The translations under genes were made by a program, and so were the position numbers. The notes under the pieces are model-generated. The model had not been told where the DNA came from. It did no database searches and was given only the letters and a program-made list of their open reading frames with translations. Below are positions 12,632 to 27,600 of a DNA stretch of 64,000 nucleotides, in pieces. The DNA comes from Macrostomum hystrix. Taxonomy: Eukaryota; Animalia; Platyhelminthes. Location of the stretch: positions 8,060,001 to 8,124,000 of the forward strand of contig CATNEN010000003.1 in NCBI GenBank assembly GCA_950097015.1, read 5' to 3'. Numbering within the stretch: the first letter of the stretch is position 1; every line of letters begins with the position of its first letter.

Positions 12632-15600
12632 TCATCCGGACGGCGTAGACGTCACGGCAACGAGTTTAAATGCCCAGCTAAGGAGCCGTCTTCCCGATCC
12701 TGTGTCGGCGTGCAAGTTTTTTTTAACAAAACAAAACAAAAGTAAGCTTTAAAGGTTTGTTTTTCTGTCTGAAAATGTGAGACCTGATATTATTAGAGTT
12801 TTTAAACATGTCACGCATCTGGGATCTGGGATTCGAAATCTGCGATTTGATATCTGGGTTTTGGGGATCTGAGATTGAGGATCTGGGATTGGGGATCTGT
12901 TCTCTATTATGAGTCCTGTCCTGTCCTGTCCTGTTCTCAAATCTCACACTGCCCTGTTCTCAAATCTCACACTGTTCTGTTCTCAAATCTCACACTGCCC
13001 TGTTCTCAAATCTCACACTGTTCTGTTCTCAAATCTCACACTGCCCTGTTCTCAAATCTCACACTGTCCTAAATCTTTTTTCAAATCTCACACTGTCCTG
13101 TTCTCAAATCTCACTGTCCTGTTCTCAAATCTCACTGTCCTGTTCTCAAATCTCACTGTCCTGTTCTCAAATCTCACTGTCCTGTTCTCAAATCTCACTG
13201 TCCTGTTCTCAAATCTCACTGTCCTGTTCTCAAATCTCACTGTTCTGTTCTCAAATCTCACTGTTCTCACTGTTCTGTTCTCAAATCTCACTGTTCTGTT
13301 CTCAAATCTCACACTGCCCTGTTCTCAAATCTCACACTGTCCTAAATCTTTTTTCAAATCTCACACTGTCCTGTTCTCAAATCTCACTGTCCTGTTCTCA
13401 AATCTCACTGTCCTGTTCTCAAATCTCACTGTCCTGTTCTCAAATCTCACTGTCCTGTTCTCAAATCTCACTGTCCTGTTCTCAAATCTCACTGTCCTGT
13501 TCTCAAATCTCACTGTTCTGTTCTCAAATCTCACTGTTCTCACTGTTCTGTTCTCAAATCTCACTGTTCTGTTCTCAAATATCACACTGTCCTGTTCTCA
13601 AATCTCACTGTCCTGTTCTCAAATCTCACTGTTCTGTTCTCAAATTTCACTGTTCTCACTGTTCTCAAATCTCACTGTTCTCACTGTTCTGTTCTCAAAT
13701 CTCACTATTCTGTTCTCAAATCTCACTGTCCTGTTCTCAAATCTCACACTGTCCTGTTCTCAAATCTCACACTGTCCTGTTCTCAAATCTTACACTGTCC
13801 TGTTCTCAAATCTCACACTGTCCTGTTCTCAAATCTCACTGTCCTGTTCTCAAATCTCACTGTCCTGTTCTCAATCTCACTGTTCTGTTCTCAAATCTCA
13901 CACTGTCCTGTTCTCAAATCTCACTGTCCTGTTCTCAAATCTCACACTGTCCTGTTCTCAAATCTCACTGTTCTGTTCTCAAATCTCACTGTCCTGTTCT
14001 CAAATCTCACTGTCCTGTTCTCAAATCTCACTGTCCTGTTCTTAAATCTCACACTGTCCTGTTCTCAAATCTCACTGTCCTGTTCTCAAATCTCACTGTC
14101 CTGTTCTCAAATCTCACTGTCCTGTTCTCAAATCTCACACTGTCCTGTTCTCAAATCTCACTGTTCTGTTCTCAAATCTCACTGTCCTGTTCTCAAATCT
14201 CACTGTCCTGTTCTCAAATCTCACACTGTCCTGTTCTCAAATCTCACACTGTCCTGTTCTCAAATCTCACACTGTTCTGTTCTCAAATCTCACACTGTCC
14301 TGTTCTCAAATCTCACTGTCCTGTTCTCAAATCTCACACTGTCCTGTTCTCAAATCTCACTGTCCTGTTCTCAAATCTCACTGTCCTGTTCTCAAATCTC
14401 ACACTGTCCTGTTCTCAAATCTCACACTGTCCTGTTCTCAAATCTCACACTGTTCTGTTCTCAAATCTCACACTGTCCTGTTCTCAAATCTCACTGTCCT
14501 GTTCTCAAATCTCACACTGTCCTGTTCTCAAATCTCACTGTCCTGTTCTCAAATCTCACTGTCCTGTTCTCAAATCTCACACTGTCCTGTTCTCAAATCT
14601 CACTGTCCTGTTCTCAAATCTCACAATGTTCTGTTCTCAAATCTCACACTGTCCTGTTCTCAAATCTCACCGTCCAGAAACTCATCTAGGTAGTCGGACA
14701 GTTCGCCACGGCCGCCGTCCTGCAGCTGGTCAAACTGCTGCAGCGCCATCAATATGGACGTCCGCCTCGTGATGCTTAAGGACAGGCTGCTGTTGCGTCC
14801 TCGCGGCTGAAGGAACGGACTGCCCGACTGGAACGGGCTGGCGGAACCGCCCAGAAAGCTGGGTCTCGGCGTTGAACTAGCATTAGGCATCAGGCAGGCG
14901 AGTTCTTCGCCGCCGACCAATTCAGTCGGCGCGCGGGCAGCCTTTGAAACGCCAGCCTCGTCAGAATGATCATTGCAGTGATTGAACTGAGGATCTTCCA
15001 CTATCGATGTCAGAGCCATTGCTGCTGAGGAATGTACTTTTGTATTTGGGACCAATTCTTGGGGAAAACAGCTCTACCTTATCTAATCTAGTAATTGCGC
15101 ACAAACACTCACAGTCAGGATCTGTCTGTCTCCCAGTTCGCGCGCCCTTGTTCACATCCCAGTTTGGGTAATTAATGTTTTCAAAGCCGGCACAGTTTTT
15201 AGCGAGTCTTCAACAGCTGCTACCTCTACGAGCGTATCTAGGAAAATGAAAAGCCTTTTGAAGACTAACAACTATAAGCATGAGTACGAGTGGATGATTG
15301 GGGGAGAGTAGGAGCGAGGTGAATGGCCAGGAGTGTCTGTGAGCGAATGGCTTGGATGAAGCATTGGGGATACACTGACATGAGATGGATGACTGAGAAA
15401 ATAAAGACGAGCTTGTCTTGAAAAAGCATTTTGAACAGGAAACCAAGGTTGTTCTCGTAAATAAAACAAACAAAAATTTTTTGTCAGTCTGGCCATAATT
15501 CAAAGGAATGACTATTTTTGTTTAAACCAGGCAGACACAGAGAACGATAGAGAATGTGACAGAGAAGGAGACAGAGAGGGAGGCAGAGAGGAAGACAGAG

Positions 15601-18600
15601 AGGGAGGCAGAGAGAGAGAGATAGAGAGGGAGGCAGAGAGGGAGACAGAGAGATAGATAGAGAGGGAGGCAGAGAGGAAGACAGAGAGGGAGACAGAGAA
15701 GGAGACAGAGAGGGAGGCAGAGAGGGAGACAGTGAGGAAGACAGAGAGGGAGACAGAAAGGGAGACAGAGAGGGAGACAGAGAGGGAGACAGAGAAGGAG
15801 ACAGAGAATGAGACAGAGAAGGAGACAGAGAGGGAGACAGAAAGGGATACAGAGAAGGAGACAGAGAAGGAGACAGAGAGGGAGACAGAGAAGGAGATAG
15901 AGAGGGAGACAGAGAAGGAGACAGAGAGGGAGACAGAGAGGGAGGCAGAGAGGAAGACAGAAGTAGACAGAGAGGGAGACAGGGAGACAGAGAGGGGGAC
16001 AGAGAAGGAGACAGAGAAGGAGGCAGAGAGGGAGGCAGAGAGGGAGACAGAGAAGGAGACAGAGAAGGAGGCAGAGAAGGAGACAGAGAAGGAGACAGAG
16101 AGGGAGGCAGAGAGGGAGACAGAGAGGGAGGCAGAGAGGTACAGTAGGAATCCCGGACTCGGCCAAAAATTCCCGAGACGGAGACAATGCCGCCTAATGC
16201 ATTCTTTCCACTCGCTTGCTGGGTTATAGTCAGCCTTACTTGGTAGGGCCAAATGCTTTCAGCGCTATCTGCATTTCCTGACTAAATCTACTCATCATTT
16301 TTGCCCCTTGGGAACTCAAGCTTAGCTTCAATTTGGTTGCCACATAATTAGAGATGAGGAGGAGACTGATAGATTGAATAGAACTCCCCTTAATCCAATT
16401 CATTTTTGTCTTTCACCGATTCTCTTTGACTTAGGAATTGGACCCAGTCGACATGTTTTCTGCTGGTGCTGGTGCTGGTGCTGCTGCTGCTACTCCTACA
16501 GTTTATGTTACTTTAGTAAATGATTAATTTAGAATTTAGAAATTTCTACACATTAAGAGCTTAATTTTACCAATTTGTACATGTCTACCATTTCACATTC
16601 ATATCTCAACAAACAATCTACCTCTCTGCCTACTGTCTCACAATCTACCTCTCTGCCTACTGTCTCACAATCTACCTCTCTGCCTACTGTCCCACAATCT
16701 ACCTCTCTGCCTACTGTCTCACAATCTACCTCTCTGTCTACTGTCCCACAATCTACCTCTCTGCCTACTGTCCCACAATCTACCTCTCTGCCTACTGTCT
16801 CACAATCTACCTCTCTGCCTACTGTCCCACAATCTACCTCTCTGCCTACTGTCTCACAATCTACCTCTCTGCCTACTGTCCCACAATCTACCTCTCTGCC
16901 TACTGTCTCACAATCTACCTCTCTGTCTACTGTCTCACAATCTACCTCTATGCCTACTGTCTCTAATTCTGCAGAATTCGGTGCTGAGTTCGTGTACTCA
17001 GCTCATATATTAAATTATGAGCGGTAAACTCGGTGGCACCCAGCCTATTTGCATATCGGGTCTGTGAGTTACACTAAGCAAGGATTGGTTCAGTAACTCG
17101 GAAATTCACTTCTGTCCCATAATTCACTTAAGCTATTGGTTTGTTGGAGTTTTTACACTTTCCAGTAGGTTGCTGGAGTTTTTCTGCATGCACTTTACTG
17201 CAAAATTAAATTGAAATTTGTGTGCTTCGTTTCATATTTAATTTGCAGCATTTCAAATTCTGCCAATGTAGCTGAGACATTTTCTTGTCCACATACTCGT
17301 AAAATTTCCGATGTACTATTTAAAACACTCACCAATTCACACTCTCGCTGACTAACTTACCAAATCACTCACTCAATAACTCACTCACTCACTCACTCAC
17401 TCACTCACTCACTCACTCACTCAATCACTCACTCACTCACTCACTCAATCACTCACTCACTCACTCACTCAATCACTCACTCACTCACTCACTCAATCAC
17501 TCACTCAATCACTCACTCACACACTCACTCACTCACTCACTCACTCACTCATTCAATCACTCACTCACTCACTCACTCACTCACTCACTCACTCACTCAC
17601 TCACTCACTCACTCACTCACTCACTCACTCAATCACTCACTCAATCACTCACTCACTCACTCACTCACTCACTCACTCACTCAATCACTCACTCACCCAC
17701 TCACTCACTCACTCACTCACTCACTCACTCACTCACTCACTCACTCACTCACTCACTCACTCACCCACTCACTAACTCACTCACTCACTCACTCACTCAC
17801 TCACTCACTCACTCACTCAATCACTCACTCACCCACTCACTCACTCACCCACTCACTCACTCACTCACTCACTCACTCACTCACTCAATCACTCACTCAC
17901 CCACTCACTCACTCACCCACTCACTCACTCACTCACTCACTCACTCAATCACTCACTCAATCACTCACTCACTCACTCACTCACTCACTCACTCACTCAA
18001 TCACTCACTCACCCACTCACTCACTCACTCACTCACTCACTCACTCACTCACTCACTCACTCACTCACTCATTCAATCACTCACTCACTCACTCACTCAC
18101 TCACTCACTCACTCACTCACTCACTCACTCAATCACTCACTCACCCACTCACTCACTCACCCACTCACTCACTCACTCACTCACTCACTCACCCACTCAC
18201 TCACTCACCCACTCACTCACTCACCCACTCACTCACTCACTCACTCACCCACTCACTCACTCACCCACTCACTCACTCACCCACTCACTCACTCACTCAC
18301 TCACCCACTCACTCACTCACCCACTCACTCACTCACCCACTCACTCACTCACTCACTCACCCACTCACTCACTCACCCACTCACTCACTCACTCACTCAC
18401 TCACTCACCCACTCACCCACTCACTCACTCACCCACTCACTCACTCACTCACTCGCTCACTCACTCACTCACTCACTCACTCACTCACTCACTCACTCAC
18501 TCACTCACTCACCCACTCACTCACTCACTCACTCACTCACTCACCCACTCACTCACTCACCCACTCACTCACTCACCCACTCACTCACTCACTCACTCAC

Positions 18601-21600
18601 TCACTCACCCACTCACTCACTCACCCACTCACTCACTCACTCACTCACTCACTCACTCACTCACTCACTCACTCACTCACTCAATCACTCACTCACTCAC
18701 TCACTCACTCACTCACTCACTCACTCACTCACCCACTCACTCACTCACTCACTCACTCACTCACTCACTCACTCACTCACTCACTCACTCAATCACTCAC
18801 TCACTCACTCAGTCACTCACTCAGAAGCTGTTGTATTGCTTTAAAAAACAGAAACTAAGCCATTGGCTGATCGAGCAGAGCGTTGCATTCACATCACAAA
18901 CCCCCTTTATCTTACATGGGTGTGGCTCTGCTTTTGTTAAAGAAAAAATTAGCTGAATCACAAGAAATTTGGGATAAGAGTTTGCTAAAATTTACTGATT
19001 TTAGAATTCAGTGTCATGTTTGGCCAGGAAAAATCGGTCATAAAATTCTCATTCCTTCAGACCGAAGACTGCAACTGCATGCGTTTTTTGTTTAAATTGC
19101 AGGAAGATATTTTTATTAGCCAAATTTGAAAAACCAGGCTTGAAAACGAATTGATAAAAGATAAGAAAAATCTGGCTTGAAAATTGAAGCAATTAGTAAA
19201 AAGAACGATTCAATTAGTCACTTTGACTGTCGCTTGAAGTTAAATTATATGTTGTACGAGAAGATAATGAGATCCTTACAATGTCTCTAGGTTAATGAAT
19301 TTTTTTAAATTAATTATTTTAATTCATTTTTAATGACATTAATGAAAGCTTTGTCTTTTAGGATATTCTCAACAAACTAGATCAAATGAGGCTTTGGGAC
19401 AATCTGGCGATTTTGAGATCACCTGATTCAATGATTGGGGATTAGATTGGGATAAAAAATCACCTGAAAGTAATGATGGGGTACATTGGGATTTGGCATC
19501 ATCTAGGGATCTTAATTAATACGATCATCTTGGAAATCTGGGTTGGGATTATTTAGGGATGTGGAATTGGATCATTTAGGGATCTAGGATGGGATCATCT
19601 TGGAAAGCTGGGATGGGATCATCTGGGGATCTGGGATGGGATCATCTTGGAAATCTGGGATGGGATCATCTGGGGATGTGGGATTGGATCATTTAGGGAT
19701 ATGAGATGGGATCATTTAGGGATCTGAGATGGGATCATTTAGGGATCTGAGATGGGATCATTTAGGGATCTGGGATGGGATCATTTAGGGATCTGGGATG
19801 GAATAATCTGGGGATGTGGGATTGGATCATTTAGGGATCTGGGATGGGATCATTTAGGGATCTGGGTTGGGATTATTTAGGGATGTGGAATTGGATCATT
19901 TAGGGATCTGGGATGGGATCATCTTGGAAAGCTGGGATGGGATCATTTAGGGATCTGGGATGGGATCATCTTGGAAATCTGGGATGGGATCATCTGGGGA
20001 TGTGGGATTCGAACATTTAGGGATCTGAGATGGGATCATTTAGGGATCTGGGATGGGATCATTTAGGGATCTGGGATGGGATCATTTAGGGATCTGGGAT
20101 GGGATCATTTAGGGATCTGGGATGGGATCATTTAGGGATCTGGGATGGGATCATCTGGGGATGTGGGATTGGATCATTTAGGGATCTGGGATGGGATCAT
20201 CTTGGAAAGCTGGGATGGGATCATTTAGGGATCTGGGATGGGATCATCTTGGAAATCTGGGATGGGATCATCTGGGGATGTGGGATTGGAACATTTAGGG
20301 ATCTGAGATGGGATCATTTAGGGATCTGAGATGGGATCATTTAGGGATCTGAGATGGGATAATTTAGGGATCTGGGACGGGATCATTTAGGGATCTGGGA
20401 TGGGATCATCTGGGGATGTGGGATTGGATCATCTTGGAAATCTGGGATGGGATCATCAGGGGATGAGATATAGGATGAGAGATAAGAAAGAGACCCAGAA
20501 AGAGAAAGAAAATAAATTACTTTGAGATTATCAGCCCACAGCCAAGCATAGATTATTGACTAATTTCCTTTGGGAACAGGATCTCTACGGTTGAGTCTGG
20601 AAGAGCGGGTGCGAATGCATGCATTAGGAGACAAATAGTGGAGACAAGTTAGACTGGGGGATGAGGAGCAGTTGATGCATGTGCACTTTAGTTTTTTTCT
20701 GATTGGTTGATTACTGATTTACAAAGGTTGTAGTGAAATTTGAGCAGGAGAATGATTTTTTGCTTCATTGTTTTATTGCAACAACTCTATCGGGACTCTA
20801 CTTGAAGGGATTTTGCACTTGAATTTTTCTATATAGTTAAGTACATTATAAGCGACACTTTCTAAACTGAAATGTCACTGTCTAATCCGAAATGGCACTG
20901 TCTAATCCGAAATGGCACTTTCTAATTCGAAATGGCACTTTCTAATTCGAAACGGCACTGTCTAATCCGAAATGGCACTGTCTAATCCGAAATGGCACTT
21001 TCTAATTCGAAATGGCACTTTCTAATTCGAAATGGCACTTTCTAATTCGAAATGGCACTGTCTAATCCGAAATGGCACTTTCTAATTCGAAATGGCACTT
21101 TCTAATTCGAAATGGCACTTTCTAATTCGAAATGGCACTTTCTAATTCGAAACGGCACTGTCTAATCCAAAATTACACGTTCTAAGTGGCACTTTCTCTG
21201 AAATGACACTCTTTATAAAAATGGCACTTTCTGTAAAATGGCACTTTCTCTGAAAAGGCAAGCTTTAATAATCGGTATTCATTAACCCGAAATGACATTT
21301 TTTCAAACCACAGAAGGTTTTTAGCCTACGAAAGATTACGAAATAAGTACGAGTAACGGGTAGCTAAAATAAAATACTATTTAAAATTGTATTTGTTTAA
21401 CCTTGTTTGTGCTAAAGATACATAATCAATTTTGGCTCGGATTTAAAAATCTTTGCTTCAATGCCTACTATTGAGTAGGGCGTTCGTGATGAAAATCAAG
21501 CTGGAAAGAAGCTAGAAATTGAATGAATATTTATTACGAGTAAAACAAAGCATAGCTTTCTTTTCGTTCTTGCCATTGGTATTGAGAATGTGAGCGGAAA

Positions 21601-21635
21601 CGAGAGATTTAGAGTAAGGCAAAATAGATTATGTC

Positions 21636-21676
<41 letters not shown>

Positions 21677-24600
21677 AATATTAACAATAAATTAATATTT
21701 TAAAATAAGAATAAAAAATAAAATTAATATTAAATAATACGTCACTTTCTTTTATAAAATCATTTTACTAGATATTTTTTCTCAAAGAATAATTATAGCC
21801 GAATTATTTGATTGATGTCGACGACAAATTTATCACCATATCAATTAATTTACTTATTCAAGTTTATAAGTAAAGCTAAATAGCTATTAGCCGACAATAT
21901 ACCTCTGGGATCTGTAGGATCTGGGATCTGTAGGATCTGGGATCTGTAGGATCTGGGATCTGTAGGATCTGGGATCTGTAGGATCTGGGATCTGTAGGAT
22001 CTGGGATCTGTAGGATCTGGGATCTGTAGGATCTGGGATCTGTAGGATCTGGGATCTGTAGGATCTGGGATCTAGGATCTGGGATCTAGGATCTGGGATC
22101 TGTAGGATCTGGGATCTGTAGGATCTGGGGTCTGTAGGATCTGGGATCTGTAGGATCTGGGATCATTAGGATCTGGGATCTGTAGGATCTGGGATCTGTA
22201 GGATCTGGGATCTGTAGGATCTGGGATCTGTAGGATCTGGGATCTGTAGGATCTGGGATCTGTAGGATCTGGGATCTGTAGGATCTGGGATCTGTAGGAT
22301 CTGGGATCTGTAGGATCTGGTATCTGTAGGATCTGGGATCTGTAGGATCTGGGATCTGTAGGATCTGGGATCTGTAGGATTTCGGATCTGTAGGATCTGG
22401 GATCTGTATAAGGATCTGGGATCTGTATAAGGATCTGGGATCTGTAGGATCTGGGATCTGTAGGATCTGGGATCTGTAGGATCTGGGATCTGTAGGATCT
22501 GGGATCTGTAGGATCTGGGATCTGTAGGATCTGGGATCTGTAGGATCTGGGATCTGTAGGATCTGGGATCTGTAGGATCTGGGATCTGTACGATCTCCTC
22601 ACAAAACGCACCGTTTCCGTCTGCGTTGCGGTAGTACATGGCCAGACTGCCGCCGCTCATGACGCTCATGCTGTCGCACCCGACGGAGATGGCGCTGCAG
22701 CCGGACACACGCCTGTCGCGCTGCTGCTGCGAAGAAAGCCGCCTTCGAAAGCTACCACCCTGATGATCCGGCAGCTCCAATAGGCTACCAGGGCGCGGCG
22801 TGTTCGGCGACGTCACGCTGCCTGCCCGCTGCTGGCGAGGCTGCTGCTGCTGCTGCTGCTGTCGTCGATCGGGCGATCCGTTGATGCCGACGCCAGCTAC
22901 CAGAGCAGCCCTGATTTGCGCGTCCCTGTCATCGCCATCGTCCGTGTCATCGGCTTCTTCTGTCACTACGTCGATGGTGACGTCGATCGGCACTGACAGG
23001 CTGCGAAAATCATCGGCGCATTTTGGTCGCCGCGAAGCAACGGGACCTGCCAAATTCGAGAACGAAAATTTTGAGCAAAAGTATGAAAACTTAGGACCCC
23101 TAAATGCGAGTATAACACTGTTTAGGGGATGAATTACGGTCGGTGGCAGAGCGGTTAACGCGTTTGTCTCTCGCTCCAAGGTCCCTGAGCTCGATTCCGC
23201 GGCGGGCCAACGCCGTTGAGTGAGAGTGTACACTGCCTGACGATGAGAAAGTCAGGGCAGATGTACACACCTGTGTGCGTGTGCTCAGGAGTCAGCGGAA
23301 TGGGTAGAATTGCCTCCTCGCTGGCTGTGGGTCTATTGTCACCAAATGATGTGCCATTGCCCGCAGCCCATCAGACCTTTCATTCTGAAGTATCAGTCAG
23401 TTCAAGAGTGTCAATCTGATGTAATCTATAGATAAAAAGAATTAACTCGTATCTTAAAATTGAGTTGTTGGACAAGGCTTGTCCTTTATAATTCATGAAG
23501 CGTGAAAGAAAACTTAAGAGAAACGCTGGTGAAGTGCAAAGAAAGACAGACAGAGGTCTCAAGCAGTTCTCCTTCATCTTCTTTGCTCAGCCATTCGCAG
23601 CATGCCTCATTCAATTATTGATCTCATCTGTGAACGCGTGCATACTCTATCTCACTTAAAGACACTGCGAGAGCTGTCAAGAAGAAAGCGAAAAAAAATG
23701 TATAACGAAATAAAGTCAGTTAGACATCAATCTTTCAAGACAGGTTGCTATAGTGACCAGCCTATAAATGTTCTTTCCGCTGTAACCGTTTGTAACTGTG
23801 ATTTGTGAAGACGTAAAATGTGTTTCTTAAAGATCAATTTTGACTCCCTGCTTGCGGTCTCCACCTAAAAGCACCCTTGTGTCTACTCTCGGACGAACCA
23901 GTGGGAGGTCCTGAGCTCGAATCCGTGGCATCCTCGCGTTTTTCTTAGAAAGTTATTAATCTGTTGAAAAAATATAGAAAGACTACGAGCAACACTAGGG
24001 CATTTTAATACTGGCCTGTTAGACTTTTAGGCAGCCTAAACTATTGACCTAATATCCTACTTTGATTGAACTGAGAGGGCCTTGTGCCATTGACAGTCTA
24101 TTGGCATTGCCCTAGTTTGTGGCGTAAATTTAGTTAATTTGAATTGGCGCCAAATCTGTTCTTGTACATTACGTGTAGTATATGTTTTATACTCGAGCTT
24201 CTTAAAGGATTATATATGACAAGAAAACTTTACATTGAAGCTTTCTTAAAGTATAGAACGAGTGAATTTTAATATATTATGCAATCATGCAAACTTAGAG
24301 CCTCATACTGAAAGTGTTCAAGAACAGATATGGCGCCAATTTAAATTATACATGCTATTCGATTTCTTATTTTAACTTGAACTGAGCGGAGATGGGGTGG
24401 GCTGACGATAACAAGACTGAGGTAAGAGAAAGAGGCTAGTAGCGAGTGAGAGACGGACCAATCAGAAGGCAGCGGAAAGAGACCAAAAGTAGAGAGGTAG
24501 AGAATTAGACAGAATTAGAGCGATGTGAGAATTGACAATGAAGTATCTTAATTTCACCCATGAAAGTCGCGACATGACAGTAATAAAACAAAAATTAAGG

Positions 24601-27600
24601 AACTTGTGAGCCTACCCAAGTATAGGCACCACTCCGTCTTTTTAAGTAAGTTAAAACGAAACGAAAGTTACTTTTTTAAAGCCACGTAATTTTAAAGTGA
24701 TCTACTCAACTTGTGCCAGGAAAAAGTTCGCTGATAAAAGAATCGTGAGCAAGCTATATCTAATAAAATTAATTTCTTCTAGCCGACACAATGCCTGGCT
24801 TCCTGAACCTGCATGACCCAAATGGAGAATATTTTGCTTCTTCGTCTGTTCAAGCTCGCGATGTTCACTTCCGTAGCAGACTGGCGCTTCTAATCCCAAT
24901 AAGGGGGAAGAATGAGAAGTAGACTTTGAGTCCGAGTAAGGAGCGGCTTATTCAACATCTGACTCTAGCATCGGAGCGGTCGTATGGATTGGGAGAAAAT
25001 GAAAATGTGGGGCCGGTATAAGGAAATGTGGAAACTGCTCCGGGCGAGTCACGCACGAGCTCAGAAGGGCGGGGCCGGCGGCTGCGGACAGCTGTGGAGT
25101 TCTGGTGACACGAACTGCAGCCGAATAATTGATAAAGGTGAATTATAGGCCTCTCCGCGTGCGTCCGGTCACACAAGCGGAGCCTGGCCTTTTTCCTAAT
25201 ACTCCATCAGTCCATCCATCCGTCCATCCAACCATCCATCCATTCATCCATCCGTCCATCCAACCATCCATCCATTCATCCATCCGTCCATCCAACCATC
25301 CATCCATTCATCCATCCATCCATCTATCTATCCATCTATCCATCAATCCATCCATCCATCCATCCATCCATCCATCCATCCATCCATCTATCCATCCATC
25401 CATCCATCCATCCATCTATCCATCCATCCATCCATCCATCCATCTATCCATCCATCCATCCATCTATCCATCTATCCATCTATCCATCCATCCATCAATC
25501 CATCCATCTATCAATCCATCCATCTATCCATCCATCAATCTATCCATCCATCCATCCATCCATCCATCTATCCATCCATCCATCCATCTATCCATCCGTG
25601 CATCTATCCATCCATCCATCCATCCATCCATCCATCCATCCATCCATCCATCCATCCATCCATCCATCCACCCATCCATCCATCCATCCATCTATCCATC
25701 CATCCATCTATCCATCCATCCATAAATTCATAAGTTCACCTTTCGTTGACATTCGAATTAATCAATTAATCAATTAATCAATTAATCAATTCAATATATG
25801 TATCTTTTGATCTATTATTTTATCAATGTCAATGTGGAATAAACTAATCAATTCATCAAGTAACCAAATAATCAATCAATCAATCACATAAACTCACGAA
25901 AGAATTAAACTGATGGAACTCATTTAGAACAGCCAATCAGATATCAATAATCGAATTGTCAGATGATAATCTCACCCAGGATTTATTTGAGATATTTGAG
26001 ATGACGCGACTGTAGCAATTTAACAGGCCCCCATGCGGATGGCATTGTCGTGGATTAAATATCGTGGGTGAAATTTTTTAATAAATTATTTTTGCAAAAA
26101 TGGAAACAGCTTATGATCAAACTGCCCAACAAAGCGATGTCAAGAATTAAAAAAAAGTGAGATGGATTATCGAGGATCAGACAGTGGATTGCTTTTCTTG
26201 ACGTCAAATGTACTAATAAAATAATATCGCCTTGCACTATACTGCACACGAACCAAATTTATTCATCATGGCCTTTTACCTGCCCATATAAAGGCTTCCA
26301 TTTCGTTCATCAACCCGCAAGACGGAACGGAGCAGGTAGAATTCAATTTCCTATGCGGATCCAATCACACTCTCACACACAGGTAGTTCCAACTATGCAT
26401 TTCACTGTCTCCATGTTCCTTACTGCGTTTTCTGGGTTAAAGAAAAAATTCTTTCTACTTTGATGGCCTCCCTGGATCCACAGGAATCCCCTGCATGGCT
26501 TTCGTTGGATCTTGAGCACAAAACACAAAGGCCGCGACTAGAGATGACTGCACTGAGTTCGGGTTTGTTTGCACTTTATATATATATATAGGTCACATCA
26601 GACTAGAAAGGTATGAGAAAGGTAAAGAGATTGACAGGTAGAAAGGTATGTAGATAAACAGGTAAATAGACAGGTAAAAATGTGTATTTTGTCTCTACTA
26701 GACAGGTAGATAGACGAGTAGATGGATATGTGGATAAACAGGTAGATAGACAGGAAGCTAGGCAGGTAGACATATAGGTAGATAGACTGGTAGATAGATA
26801 GGTAGATAGATAGGCAGATAAATAGGTAAATAATTAGGTAGATGGACATTTAGACAGACGAGTAGATATAAAGTTAGATACATGTTAGTATATAAACAGA
26901 CTAGATAGACTTGTAGATAGATAGGTAGATAAAATTATAGCTAAATAGGGAGATAAACAGGTAGATAGACAGGCAGATAGACAGGCAGATAGACAAGTAG
27001 ATAGACAGGAAGTTATATAGGAAGATAGTTAGGTAGACAAATAAGTAAAGTTATAGATAGATGGACGTTTAGATAGATAAGTATATACAGGTAGATACAT
27101 ATAGATAGATAAACGGGTAGATAAGCAGATTGTGATAATGAATTTCTGATTGTTGCAGGAAGGCTGTGGTCACTCACGCAGCAGTGTACATCCGTCCCGA
27201 CTTTCTCATAGTCGGGCTGTGTACTCATATATTTTCACTGTTTAAATGGCACGGCAACCAATCCCCCAAGCCTTCTCTCAGAGGCTGCGTCGAATAAATA
27301 TAATGTAGCCTCGCTGCGGATGCGGGCCCAGAGAGGATGAGAACAGTGAAGGGAGAGGATGAGAACAGTGAAGGGAGAGGATGTGAACAGTGAAGGGAGA
27401 GGATGAGAACAGTGAAGGGAGAGGATGAGAACAGTGAAGGGAGAGGATGTGAACAGTGAAGGGAGAGAATGTGAACAGTGAAGGGAGAGGATGAGAACAG
27501 TGAAGGGAGAGGATGAGAGCAGTGAAGGGAGAGGATGAGAACAGTGAAGGGAGAGGATGAGAACAGTGAAGGGAGAGGATGAGAACAGTGAAGGAGAGGA

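Noticed and set aside
6644-16252. Long ORFs (SLSQSL-, SRVSSLPC-, LFSNLTV-, ETERETE-type)
   Set aside because: These are translations of micro- and minisatellites that lack stop codons; no start or splice context.
23233-23262. Hammerhead ribozyme in the SINE (CTGACGA...GAAA)
   Set aside because: Only 3 nt separate CTGACGA and GAAA, so there is no stem II, and no stem III/UH geometry. The segment is better explained as a simple hairpin.
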